Shown: positions 38,450 through 47,765 of the stretch, piece by piece
Position numbering within the stretch: position 1 is the first letter of the stretch
How the letters are laid out: every line of letters begins with the position of its first letter
IMG/VR virus record: IMGVR_UViG_3300046008_000291
Coordinates: 113,659-177,658 of that record
Origin: a virus
Direction: 5' to 3' (one strand)
Length of the DNA: 64,000 bases
Program-made: the position numbers and the translations under genes
The notes under the pieces: generated by a model
The model's database searches: none
Seen by the model: the letters and a program-made list of their open reading frames with translations, nothing else
Told to the model about the DNA's origin: nothing

Positions 38450-39504
38450 TTGAATGTCCTTAATGCATTAGTGATAGTGTTAATTTCTTCATCGGTTAAT
38501 GTGTGTTGACAGGGTATGCCTAGACTACGTTCACTTAACCATGTGCTATTATGTAATACAACATCACACAGATATAATTCTTCTTCGTGTACCAGTGGTT
38601 GGTAATACACTTGACTATCAACTCCGTGGGCTGTTAAATGATCTCTTAATTGCTGTCTAACTTCTAAATCTGCACATCGAATAATAAATTTATGCCAGGT
38701 ATGTTGACCTCTAGTAGTGGGAGCAATTAGTCTATCACTGGTAATGTTTATTATAAACTCTTCTGCTATGGATTGTCTACGGTCACGCCATTGTTGATGA
38801 TGATCGACACAACACAACACCTGTGCCGCTTCTAGGCTACTCATCATACTATTAGCACCAGCAGTAATAGCCACATCGCTATTGATGTTCTTACCATGTG
38901 TGCGCCACTTACGTGCCCACACAGCAAATTCATCATCATCTGTTAGTATTGCACCGCCACTGCCAAATGCTGGAATTGTTTTTGTTGGACTAAAGCTAAC
39001 TGCACTGGCTATACCCTGGGCAAGACTACTACGACCTTGTCTATCAAACGTTTCTATGCTTTGTGCAGCATCCATAACAAACGGAATGTCTAGGTCAGCT
39101 ATCTTATCATAATCTTGTGCTAGTCCAAACAGGTCAACACCTACAATACCATTTAATCCGCCAATGTCATTTAGTTTTACATGATAGTTAGCATCCACAT
39201 CAAGGAATATAGGAACTAGTCCGGCTCGTTCGATGGCATTAACTGTGGCAATAAATGTATAGCTAGGTACACCTATAAGAGATTCTTCAGGGAAATGGTA
39301 CTCTAAAATGCAACGTAAGGCGTCTGTACAGCTAGCAACTGTGATAGCATGCTTGCGACCACTATAATCGCATAACCACTGCTCTAACGCTAAAGTGCTA
39401 GGACCTTTTTGAGCCCATCCTTGACTGGCAACTAGATCCATACCGGCAAGTGCGGCATGTCTGATCTCAGACCAGATACGATCTAATTGAAATAGCTTGA
39501 TCAT
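38446..39504 (-). CDS. DegT/DnrJ/EryC1/StrS PLP sugar aminotransferase 2
   Basis: VASCTDAL, PSYTFIAT, DAAQS, SFSPTK (PLP lysine), GSGGAILT. Confidence 0.9.
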   Translation of the reverse strand: MIKLFQLDRIWSEIRHAALAGMDLVASQGWAQKGPSTLALEQWLCDYSGRKHAITVASCTDALRCILEYHFPEESLIGVPSYTFIATVNAIERAGLVPIFLDVDANYHVKLNDIGGLNGIVGVDLFGLAQDYDKIADLDIPFVMDAAQSIETFDRQGRSSLAQGIASAVSFSPTKTIPAFGSGGAILTDDDEFAVWARKWRTHGKNINSDVAITAGANSMMSSLEAAQVLCCVDHHQQWRDRRQSIAEEFIINITSDRLIAPTTRGQHTWHKFIIRCADLEVRQQLRDHLTAHGVDSQVYYQPLVHEEELYLCDVVLHNSTWLSERSLGIPCQHTLTDEEINTITNALRTFK

Positions 39505-40142
39505 TTAATACAACGATACCGAACTTCGAAAGATTCTGCATAGGTACTACCCAACATCTGTCCACGTAGTGCAGATTGGCCTTTGATATTGTGCAGTAAT
39601 GTATCACTAAAGTAGCTATCATAACATTGGATAGCTTGAATTTTTGTATCGATGTATGGAGCAATGTCTACAAATATATTAGGTACGAATTCCTTGTTAC
39701 GATTAGTATAAGGTCCGCCTTCCATGCACCATAGTTCGCCTTGATAACGACGTAGACTACTGTTGACGATATGGAAAGTATTTACATGATCCTGATGATG
39801 ATCGCCCGGGCTGTGTGTGATGACTAAATCATACTCTTTGCCCTGCATGTAGGAATCAAGTTGTTCTACAGTGGCACTATCCCATTCCAATACAGGGCGA
39901 CCAGTTGCATCTAATCGATTATTGAGAAAGGTAAACTTAGTACCAATGACCCGTTCACTTGCTGAATATTCAGCAACCATTTTATCCTTGTCACGCCACA
40001 CGCTTGGACGCGGCACATTGTCATTACGTGCTACTACAATATCAAATTCTGCACCTTGATCACGGAATTTTAATAACGTACCCAAGCAACCTAATTCAAT
40101 ATCATCTGGATGTGCGCCCACTGCTAAAATACGTTTATACAT
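39501..40142 (-). CDS. PIG-L/LmbE-family de-N-acetylase
   Basis: AVGAHPDDIELG and HHQDH zinc motifs; C-terminal AESF. Confidence 0.88.
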   Translation of the reverse strand: MYKRILAVGAHPDDIELGCLGTLLKFRDQGAEFDIVVARNDNVPRPSVWRDKDKMVAEYSASERVIGTKFTFLNNRLDATGRPVLEWDSATVEQLDSYMQGKEYDLVITHSPGDHHQDHVNTFHIVNSSLRRYQGELWCMEGGPYTNRNKEFVPNIFVDIAPYIDTKIQAIQCYDSYFSDTLLHNIKGQSALRGQMLGSTYAESFEVRYRCIK

Positions 40143-40998
40143 TTAATTTCCTTGACATTAATTCTACCGTTTGTGTTACTCTTAACATATGATCCATATC
40201 TGCTCTTGGCTTATCACCACTATCAACACAGCGCATAAAGTCTTGTATCTGCGCTTCTAGTGGCGACTGCTTGGGATTAAGCTGCACCACCGAAGTCTTT
40301 GCTTCTTTAAGATTGCCCTCGGCATACCCGCCTTCAGTAATATGCAACGCTGTGTCATCTAACCATATCTGGCATTCATCACAGGTAATAACAAATTCTC
40401 TAACTTTAGTAGGCCACTGCCATCCTAATATTATTGTAGCACCTTTATTAGGATATGTCAATCCAAATTGTGCATAATCATATTGCGGACTATTATTTAA
40501 ATGAGTACCGTTCCCGTCAATAGTCAGCGGTAAACTATTGGTTAACTTATCGATTACACTGATATCATGCGGAGCCAAGTGCCAGGCTAGATCTATATTA
40601 GTCTGTAGTCTACCCCAATTTAGTCTGCGACTTTCTACGTGACGCACATTTAATGTTGACACAAGTTTTAACATATATTCTATGTTTGGTTGGAATAAAA
40701 GTATATGACCAGCTTGGTAGACTAGGTCCTGTGATCTAGCTAGCTCATTTAATTCTTGTTGTTCCGCTACGCTCATACAAGTAGGTTTCTCGCACAATAC
40801 GTGAATGCCCTGTTCAAGATACCATTTGGTCATTGTGTAATGTTGATCGGCTGGTGTGGCAATAATAACAGCATCTAATGTTTTATTCTGCCAACTGTCG
40901 CCGTTCTTAATATCCATGATGACAATAATAGCCTGATTACTAGCACTATTAACAATTTTGCTACCCCAATAACCTGCACCTGCTATGCCTAGTTTCAT
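40135..40998 (-). CDS. Gfo/Idh/MocA-family oxidoreductase
   Basis: GAGYWG, IATPADQH, HVLCEKP, HLAPHD. Confidence 0.88.
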   Translation of the reverse strand: MKLGIAGAGYWGSKIVNSASNQAIIVIMDIKNGDSWQNKTLDAVIIATPADQHYTMTKWYLEQGIHVLCEKPTCMSVAEQQELNELARSQDLVYQAGHILLFQPNIEYMLKLVSTLNVRHVESRRLNWGRLQTNIDLAWHLAPHDISVIDKLTNSLPLTIDGNGTHLNNSPQYDYAQFGLTYPNKGATIILGWQWPTKVREFVITCDECQIWLDDTALHITEGGYAEGNLKEAKTSVVQLNPKQSPLEAQIQDFMRCVDSGDKPRADMDHMLRVTQTVELMSRKLNV

Positions 40999-42050
40999 TT
41001 GAATTCTCTTTTAACAGTAGTGGCAATTAATTCAACTTCACTATCAGTTAGAAACTGATGTGTAGGTATGGCTAAATTCATTCGACTATAATATTCTGTA
41101 TTAGGCAACTGAGCATTGATATTATATGCAGGCTGTTTGTAGGCAAGATTGCTGTAATATCTACGTGATTCGATATCTTTTGCTTTAAGTGCGGCTTCGA
41201 TTTGTTCTGACTGTTCACTTAATACAATATATTGATGCCGTACATTGTACCCTTGCGCAAATTGCGGAATAACCTCAAACAAGTTTTTAAATTGTTCGTC
41301 GTAGTATGCAGATATTTCTCTGCGACGACTGTTCCATTGATCTAAATGTGGTAATTTGTTATCAAGTAATTCTGCTTGTATACTGTCCAATCGACTATTA
41401 TATCCTACATGACTGACATTGAATTTACTTTCTTGTCCGTGATTGCGTAGCTTTTTAATAGTAGCGGCATAGTCTGCATTGTTAGTAGTAACTGCACCAC
41501 CATCACCCAAGCAACCTAAATTCTTAGTAGGATAGAAACTAAAGCAGGTTAGATCAGTAACACTGCCAACCATGCGATCTTTATATCTGGCACCAGTGGC
41601 CTGTGCCGCATCGCTGATAGTAGCTACTGGAAACTTAACCTTATCCCAATCACATGGCTGACCAAACAGATCCACACCGATTATGGCCTTGGTACGACTA
41701 TCTACAGCAGCCAAGGCATCATCCATGTTCATGGTTAGATATTGATCAACATCAACTAGGCGTATCTCTGCACCTAAGTTAGCAATAACTTCGTATGAGC
41801 TTAACCAAGTAAGTCCTACAGTAATAACATTGTCGCCGGGCTTAACACCTACTGCATCTAAACTTAATCGTAGTGCGTCTGTGCAATTGCCTACGGCAAT
41901 AGCATGTTCTGCTTGTGTATAAGCGGCAAAGTTGCTTTCAAAGTCGCGCACTGCTTTGCCTAAAATAAAGTCCTGTCTAGTTAATGTGCCTGCACATAAT
42001 TTATCTAAACTATGTTCGCGCTCATAATGAAAATCACTTAATTTAATCAT
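40995..42050 (-). CDS. DegT/DnrJ/EryC1/StrS PLP sugar aminotransferase 1
   Basis: VGNCTDAL, DAAQATG, SFYPTKNLGCLGDGG, GYNSRLD. Confidence 0.92.
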   Translation of the reverse strand: MIKLSDFHYEREHSLDKLCAGTLTRQDFILGKAVRDFESNFAAYTQAEHAIAVGNCTDALRLSLDAVGVKPGDNVITVGLTWLSSYEVIANLGAEIRLVDVDQYLTMNMDDALAAVDSRTKAIIGVDLFGQPCDWDKVKFPVATISDAAQATGARYKDRMVGSVTDLTCFSFYPTKNLGCLGDGGAVTTNNADYAATIKKLRNHGQESKFNVSHVGYNSRLDSIQAELLDNKLPHLDQWNSRRREISAYYDEQFKNLFEVIPQFAQGYNVRHQYIVLSEQSEQIEAALKAKDIESRRYYSNLAYKQPAYNINAQLPNTEYYSRMNLAIPTHQFLTDSEVELIATTVKREFK

Positions 42051-43009
42051 ATTTTATAATACTCAGAATTAATAAACCAGTTATAATATTTGTAAAAACC
42101 TTGTTCTACATCTACTGTAGGTGTGTAGCCTAAATCTTGTTGAGCACGGCTAATATCTAATTGACCGCGTTTAGGAAAACTCAAATCTCGTGGACCAACT
42201 ACTAATTGCCCTTGACCGGCAATTTTAATAGCAAGTTCGGCAGCATCTTTAAGTGTCCATTGACGTTGCTCACTGCGTGTGATATTATAGATGTTACCAT
42301 TGGCCTTATCAAGTGTTGCGGCCAATACAATACCTTGAGCAGTATCTTCTACATAGGTAAAGTCCAGAACTTCATCTGGACCATGCACCTTAAGAGTCTG
42401 ACCTCGCATGGCAGCCAGCATGAACTTACTGACCACACGGTCTTCGACATCCCACTCACCATATACAGCACTAGGACGAATAATCACATGCTCAAAGCAT
42501 CCACGTCGACTATAGTCTTCTACAAGTTTCTCGCCCATGTATTTCATAATACCATATTGGCCCTGCGGAGTACAATGAGCTGATTCTGTAACATCTGAGG
42601 TAAAGTCACCGTATACCATACTAGAACTTATATAGACAAACTTTTTAATATTATGTTCTTTGCTTAATTCTAGTAGGTTGATCAACCCAGTAGTCATAAC
42701 TTCACTGGCTAGTGCAGGATCTTGTTCTACTACTTTTTGTCTAGGAAAGCTGGCCATATGAATAATCACATCTGGCTGTTCAGTAGCAAACAAGCTGTTT
42801 AATCGTGTTTGGTCACGTATATCAATTTTATACGTTTCGCTGGTGTAGCGAGTGCGTCTGTGCGCAGCCAAGTATATAATCTCTGCAGTAGGGATAAAAC
42901 CGTAGTTAGTAAATGTGTCTACTACAACACATTCATGACCTAGTGCTTCTAAGAAACGTGTAACATTGTGCCCAATAAAGCCAGCACCACCTGTGATAAG
43001 ATATTTCAT
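42047..43009 (-). CDS. NAD-dependent sugar epimerase/dehydratase (extended SDR) 1
   Basis: GGAGFIG, ISSSMVYGDF, YGIMK, RPSAVYG, DFTYVED. Confidence 0.9.
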   Translation of the reverse strand: MKYLITGGAGFIGHNVTRFLEALGHECVVVDTFTNYGFIPTAEIIYLAAHRRTRYTSETYKIDIRDQTRLNSLFATEQPDVIIHMASFPRQKVVEQDPALASEVMTTGLINLLELSKEHNIKKFVYISSSMVYGDFTSDVTESAHCTPQGQYGIMKYMGEKLVEDYSRRGCFEHVIIRPSAVYGEWDVEDRVVSKFMLAAMRGQTLKVHGPDEVLDFTYVEDTAQGIVLAATLDKANGNIYNITRSEQRQWTLKDAAELAIKIAGQGQLVVGPRDLSFPKRGQLDISRAQQDLGYTPTVDVEQGFYKYYNWFINSEYYKI

Positions 43010-43167
43010 CTACCGCGGCCCGCTGATTTTTTAGTAGGCTTGTTACTAGCAACTTTACCTTTAGGTGTGCCCTTGCCAGTATCAACGGTTAAGTTGGTAT
43101 GAGTGATGTTTTGTTCTGCTTGTTTCTTTTCTAATGCCTGCTTGACTAAATCTTTAAGTGATGCCAT
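43006..43167 (-). CDS. Small basic protein, 53 aa (MASLKDLVKQALEKK...KKSAGRGR)
   Basis: Not in the ORF track; AAGGA RBS; its TGA overlaps the SDR start (ATGA). Confidence 0.6.
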   Translation of the reverse strand: MASLKDLVKQALEKKQAEQNITHTNLTVDTGKGTPKGKVASNKPTKKSAGRGR

Positions 43168-43187
43168 TGTTCTATTCCTTAGATAGT

Positions 43188-43484
43188 TTATAAAAATCTT
43201 AGTGCATAATCTGTATATTGTATTTGAGACACGTCACCGTAGAATACAATTTGTTTTAGATCGAGCATATAATTATCGTCAGCAGCCCACTGTAACTTTA
43301 CTCCGTTGTCTTCTACCCATTGTGCCTGCGGCGTAAGATTAAATTTTTCTGCCACCTTACGAAATATTTCGTATTCACTGGCTTCATTATTAGGCACTGA
43401 GCCGATGAAAAATCGAACACGTCGAGTGTTTTCAGTCTTAGACTGCCATTGGTGCTGATATTGGTGCAAGTGAGTTATAGCCAT
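43188..43484 (-). CDS. Hypothetical protein (98 aa)
   Basis: ORF fills the gap after thyA; start uncertain (47-bp overlap with thyA). Confidence 0.5.
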   Translation of the reverse strand: MAITHLHQYQHQWQSKTENTRRVRFFIGSVPNNEASEYEIFRKVAEKFNLTPQAQWVEDNGVKLQWAADDNYMLDLKQIVFYGDVSQIQYTDYALRFL

Positions 43485-44316
43485 CTAGTCTAAAGTCTTC
43501 CATGGTAAATTTAGTAATATCAGTAACAGCTGGATTGATCCAAAGTTGTGGTGCAGGTAAGGGTTCACGTGATAGTTGTTCTTTTACCTGATCTACATGA
43601 TTCAAATATATGTGTGCGTCACCGAGTACGTGAACAAACTCGCCTACCCCAAGGCCACACACTTGGGCTACCATATGCGTTAGCAGGCTGTAGGACGCTA
43701 TATTAAAAGGCACGCCTAAAAACATATCGCATGATCGTTGATACATTTGACACGACAACTTATTATCTGCACTTACGTAAAACTGTGCAAAACAATGACA
43801 CGGTGGTAGAGCCATAGAGCTTAATTCTCCCGGATTCCACGCAGTTAATATGTGTCTACGTCCATACGGATCTGTTTTGATATTGTGAATAAGTTCTGCT
43901 AATTGATCTATTTCTACTGGCTCACTTTCACTCGAGCTAACCCAACGTTTTAATTGTGTACGCCAGTGACGCCACTGTACACCGTATACACGACCTAGAT
44001 CACCCGGAAACTTAGCATTGGGTTTCCAATATGGTGATGTTGCATTGTCTGTCCATATAGTACGTTTACCACTATCGCGTGTACCGTGTAGTATTTCTGC
44101 TAGTCTGCGTTCATCACCACTACCTTCAATAAACCAAAGTAGTTCACTGAGACAGGCTTTGAATGCTAGTTTTTTGGTAGTAACAGCTGGAAAGCCCTTG
44201 CTCAAGTCATAGCGTTGTTGCATACCAAATATGCCAATTGTGCCAGTGCCTGTGCGATCTTCTCGTACAGTGCCATTATTTAAAACTGTATGTAATGCGT
44301 CAAGATATGTTTTCAT
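43438..44316 (-). CDS. thyA: Thymidylate synthase
   Basis: RTGTGT, ELLWF, GDLGRVYG.QWR, LPPCH, YQRSCDMFLGVPFNIASY, GDAHIY.NH. Confidence 0.96.
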   Translation of the reverse strand: MKTYLDALHTVLNNGTVREDRTGTGTIGIFGMQQRYDLSKGFPAVTTKKLAFKACLSELLWFIEGSGDERRLAEILHGTRDSGKRTIWTDNATSPYWKPNAKFPGDLGRVYGVQWRHWRTQLKRWVSSSESEPVEIDQLAELIHNIKTDPYGRRHILTAWNPGELSSMALPPCHCFAQFYVSADNKLSCQMYQRSCDMFLGVPFNIASYSLLTHMVAQVCGLGVGEFVHVLGDAHIYLNHVDQVKEQLSREPLPAPQLWINPAVTDITKFTMEDFRLDGYNSLAPISAPMAV

Positions 44317-44995
44317 GTGTAATTAGATATTCAAAAAGTTTTCGATGGGCATGCCGATTTGGGTGTCTTCCGTCGGGCCAAAATAATTCTTTATTATCAA
44401 AAATTGAGTCCTGTAATGTTTTATTATATATTAGATTGTCCAAGCTGTCAACATCGAAATGCCGCCAGGATTGATCGATCCAGTCCGAAAACCAAATTTT
44501 AGGATGAATAAACGCGGGCATTAACAATTCGGGTATGCTGGGAATAACAGGAGATAAATTTGTATACTGTTCAATTAATTCTAGATTTAATTTGCTACAT
44601 CCGCCTAGGCATATAATTTTTTTATCAAATGAATTTAATATTTTATAGGTATTATCTATTAGACTATTCTGTTTGGTAAGTAAATTCTCAAATGTATCAA
44701 CCCATTTATCTCCATATGGACGTAGATCGCGGATAGGATCTGTTTGAAACCATATAATATGATCGTAGCATCGTAACTCTAATTGTTGTAATTTTACTAA
44801 TATTTCTTTATTAGATGCACCACCTTGGGAAATATTAGTAACAGCATGACCTAGTTCTAATAGATAGTACTCTAAACCACGGTGAGTAATAATATAAGAC
44901 TCATCTAATTCATCACCATCTTCCCACTTCCGTTCGCCGGCTCCCCACCCCCATTCGCCACACCCCCACGAATCGCCTGCAATTAATATTTTCAT
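44300..44995 (-). CDS. SGNH-superfamily protein inserted between folA and thyA
   Basis: LIAGDSWG, SQGGASN, DGRHPNRHAH; AT-rich. Confidence 0.65.
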   Translation of the reverse strand: MKILIAGDSWGCGEWGWGAGERKWEDGDELDESYIITHRGLEYYLLELGHAVTNISQGGASNKEILVKLQQLELRCYDHIIWFQTDPIRDLRPYGDKWVDTFENLLTKQNSLIDNTYKILNSFDKKIICLGGCSKLNLELIEQYTNLSPVIPSIPELLMPAFIHPKIWFSDWIDQSWRHFDVDSLDNLIYNKTLQDSIFDNKELFWPDGRHPNRHAHRKLFEYLITHENIS

Positions 44996-45498
44996 TATTT
45001 AAAAAACATTACTCGATCCCACGTTTCGTAGGTGCAGTTGTCACCGGGCTTAACTGATTTAATTTGAAAGCATGCCAGCATACTTTCCAACTGAATACGT
45101 GTGTCAGTAAACCAAGCACCTTTGATTCGTGTAAGTAATACTCTATCAACAATACTTTCTGTTGCTTCGTATAACTGTCGACCACCAATAACATACACAT
45201 CTTTAGAGGGATTATCCTTTTGTAACTGTAGTATATTCTCTACAGGGTTACTAGGAATCCATTTAACCAGGTGTTGATATTGTTGTGCTACATGTCGGCT
45301 ACTAACAACATAGTTTTCACGATTGGGCAATGGCTTAGGCATCTTAGGATCATCCCAAGTGTTACGACCCATGACTACAATATTACCTGTAGTGTGTTGA
45401 GCAAACCAACGCATATCTTCTTTATTATGTGGCCAAGGCAAGGTACCTCTGTTACCAATACCTCCAGTATTGGTAGAAGCTAAAATTGATATAATCAT
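44995..45498 (-). CDS. folA: Dihydrofolate reductase
   Basis: GIGNRGTLPW..EDMRWF..VVMGRNTW..PLPNRENYVVS..VIGGRQLY..DT. Confidence 0.92.
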   Translation of the reverse strand: MIISILASTNTGGIGNRGTLPWPHNKEDMRWFAQHTTGNIVVMGRNTWDDPKMPKPLPNRENYVVSSRHVAQQYQHLVKWIPSNPVENILQLQKDNPSKDVYVIGGRQLYEATESIVDRVLLTRIKGAWFTDTRIQLESMLACFQIKSVKPGDNCTYETWDRVMFFK

Positions 45499-45851
45499 AG
45501 GTTCTTAAGTACCTTGTCTGTCTCGGGTTGAACAGCGCCAACTACTTTATCAATGTCAATAAAGAAGTCTACAGTTTCAATATACTCGTCTAGGTCTTGA
45601 AACTTAGCATTGAGCAAATCTTCAATATCATCTGGGTCCTGTCCGTCATCGAGTAATTGTTTAACATCAATTGAAAGGTCAGTGCCATCAACGAGCTTAA
45701 CGATAATACGTTGTAGCACGGTAACTGGCACTTCCTTTTTATCAACGTCTCTAACAATATCTTGCCAACGTTTCTTAACACTCATGTTAAGTTTCTTGCC
45801 TGGTGTAGCTTTACGCCGCGGCTTTTTTGGTTGTGGTAGGTTTTCTGGCAT
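45495..45851 (-). CDS. Hypothetical protein (118 aa)
   Basis: Basic N-terminus, acidic C-terminus; ATGA-coupled to folA. Confidence 0.6.
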   Translation of the reverse strand: MPENLPQPKKPRRKATPGKKLNMSVKKRWQDIVRDVDKKEVPVTVLQRIIVKLVDGTDLSIDVKQLLDDGQDPDDIEDLLNAKFQDLDEYIETVDFFIDIDKVVGAVQPETDKVLKNL

Positions 45852-46512
45852 TTGTTTTCTTCGCAGGAGTTGTTGTTGTAGTTGCTTTTGCTACTTTTGC
45901 CTTAGTTACCTTAGGTGCTAGTGCGTTTGCTTCTTCTTTTAATCTTTTAGCTTCAGCCAATAAACTCTTAGCTTCAGATTCCATTTTATTGGCCTGTGCT
46001 ATGCGTTGATTTGCAATATCAGCATCGGACAATACACCATCTGTGTTAACACTAGCTGATGTAGTATTTACACTTTCTGCCGTAGTTCTTGCCGGCTCAC
46101 CTAACTCTCTACCTTCCCATCTTTGCCCTTGATCTGCCTTGGCTAATTTTTCAGTTGCGGCTTCACCTTTAGCAATTTCATTTAGTAAAGTGTTTAATTC
46201 ATCTAAGCGTACTGAACTAGCTGAAGTTGGTGTTACAATAACTTGGTTAGTTGGTACTTTTGACATCAACCCACCGCGGTGAATTGTAGTTAAACAATTT
46301 TGACCATCTGCCATAGTATGACGGAATAGTGCATCAGCAAAGTCATTGGCCTGTTGACCAATGTCGCTTTCTAACACCTTCATTAATTCATCATGAATGC
46401 GCATTGGTAATGTTTCACTGTAGATCACTAAACACATGTGATCTTCGTCCGGTACTTGTCTATATGCAATAACAACTCGCTTGTTATTGTGTCTACCTAC
46501 GTGCTTAATCAT
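45811..46512 (-). CDS. Hypothetical protein (233 aa) with K/A/T-rich C-terminal tail
   Basis: AGGAG RBS before the ATG at 46512 (MIKHVGRH), preferred over 46557. Confidence 0.65.
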   Translation of the reverse strand: MIKHVGRHNNKRVVIAYRQVPDEDHMCLVIYSETLPMRIHDELMKVLESDIGQQANDFADALFRHTMADGQNCLTTIHRGGLMSKVPTNQVIVTPTSASSVRLDELNTLLNEIAKGEAATEKLAKADQGQRWEGRELGEPARTTAESVNTTSASVNTDGVLSDADIANQRIAQANKMESEAKSLLAEAKRLKEEANALAPKVTKAKVAKATTTTTPAKKTNARKPTTTKKAAA

Positions 46513-46516
46513 AGTA

Positions 46517-46768
46517 TTACTCCTGTGCAGCAGTTTCTGGTTTAGAAATTGCACCAACGCTGTCTAAAAATGCAATTAATTTATTGTATAACGTGCCAAC
46601 GTTGGCTAACTCTTCGGCCCGATATGCGCCGCGTTGTGAGGTAAGTTGGATGATTTGTGCAACAAGAACTAAATCTTGAATTGTTAAACTTGGTACTTGT
46701 GGTTGTTGTGTTTCGTTAGATTCAACAGGCGTTGAATTTTCTGTTGCGGTTGTTTCTGCTTTGGCCAT
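46517..46768 (-). CDS. Hypothetical protein (83 aa)
   Basis: AAGGAG RBS; LTIQDL..SQRGAYRAEEL..VG.LYNKL. Confidence 0.65.
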   Translation of the reverse strand: MAKAETTATENSTPVESNETQQPQVPSLTIQDLVLVAQIIQLTSQRGAYRAEELANVGTLYNKLIAFLDSVGAISKPETAAQE

Positions 46769-46793
46769 TAAAAAGTTCTCCTTGGGATAACTT

Positions 46794-46799
46794 TATTTA
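46794..46799 (-). promoter_or_regulatory. Possible late promoter GTAAATA
   Basis: TAAATA in the intergenic gap upstream of 46768; same core as the structural-module motifs. Confidence 0.3.
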
Positions 46800-46828
46800 C
46801 CATGGTCTTAACAGGTGGAAATATTTTA

Positions 46829-47119
46829 TTACCACATAATATTAGATTGATTAAGTTGAGGTAGAAACAAGGCAAAATAACTAGCTTCACTAGCCAATTC
46901 AAATGCGATGCAATATTGTCGTGCGATAACACCAGACTCTTGCTTGACATCAATCTGTCCAGAGTAGAAGCGTCCTTCTAAGTTCTCATAGAGCCAGTCA
47001 ACCAGATCCTTGTCTTGTACAGCAAGGTCGAATATTACAGGAGTAAAGTGAGGCGGGCAATGACTAAGTTGTCTTAGTCCGTGTACATTGAGTGGGTTAG
47101 GTTCGTTATGTTTTAACAT
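46829..47119 (-). CDS. Hypothetical protein (96 aa)
   Basis: ORF; TAATG coupling to the upstream small ORF. Confidence 0.6.
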   Translation of the reverse strand: MLKHNEPNPLNVHGLRQLSHCPPHFTPVIFDLAVQDKDLVDWLYENLEGRFYSGQIDVKQESGVIARQYCIAFELASEASYFALFLPQLNQSNIMW

Positions 47120-47289
47120 TATTTTAACTGCATAATACGACTAATTTCTGCGTGGGCTTCTGTGCAGTCTAACTGTTCTTCAAAAATATCAGCCCAGGTT
47201 GTTTCTTCCATCATATTGTATGCTGGAGTTGAGATAACATGTTTGTATGTAATGGACCAAACTCCCCAAGTGTTTTCATTTGGATTCAT
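47119..47289 (-). CDS. Small hypothetical protein, 56 aa (MNPNENTWGVW...SRIMQLK)
   Basis: Not in the ORF track; AAGGA RBS; fills the gap exactly with a TAATG overlap. Confidence 0.55.
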   Translation of the reverse strand: MNPNENTWGVWSITYKHVISTPAYNMMEETTWADIFEEQLDCTEAHAEISRIMQLK

Positions 47290-47299
47290 TTATTTTTCC

Positions 47300-47755
47300 T
47301 TAATCTCTAGCATCGCCAAAGTCACTATACCATTTATTTACTTCGTCGTAGGCATCACCGATTCCTTTGCTCTTATAATTACCCAAGTGAGGAATAACAT
47401 TACGCACACCACCACGTGGATCAGTGACATCACCCTTGCGTCGAGGAATCATATGTACATGTGGCCAAGCAACTGTTTGTCCGGCCGCTTCACCAACATT
47501 AATGCCAATGTTATATCCATCACAGTTACCTTCGGCAACCATACGTTGTCCTTGCGCAATGGCATCAGCTACTGCGTCGGCTAACACATCTACGGTATTA
47601 TACTTAGGCACAAACAGCAGGTGCCCGTAGCTGACAGGAAAGCCATCTTTAAAAATAGCAATGTGAAAGTCTTCTTCTACTAATGTAGTCCACGGTGCTT
47701 GTTCGGGTGTACATTCGCTTAATTCATAGGGCAATGATTCAATTATTTTTGTCAT
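47300..47755 (-). CDS. HIT-family nucleotide hydrolase (151 aa)
   Basis: PVSYGHLLFVPK, GINVGEAAGQTVAWPHVHMIPR; AGGA RBS before the ATG at 47755. Confidence 0.85.
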   Translation of the reverse strand: MTKIIESLPYELSECTPEQAPWTTLVEEDFHIAIFKDGFPVSYGHLLFVPKYNTVDVLADAVADAIAQGQRMVAEGNCDGYNIGINVGEAAGQTVAWPHVHMIPRRKGDVTDPRGGVRNVIPHLGNYKSKGIGDAYDEVNKWYSDFGDARD

Positions 47756-47765
47756 AGTATTTTTC

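Noticed and set aside
22545-43009. Literal aminoglycoside antibiotic cluster
   Set aside because: Tailoring families overlap, but no 2-deoxy-scyllo-inosose synthase, exporter or resistance gene is visible; a conjugated glycan is more parsimonious.
43438-44316. thyA as a dCMP hydroxymethylase feeding the carbamoyltransferase
   Set aside because: It keeps the dUMP-specifying Asn (PFNIASY) and the canonical TS motifs; hydroxymethylases have Asp there.
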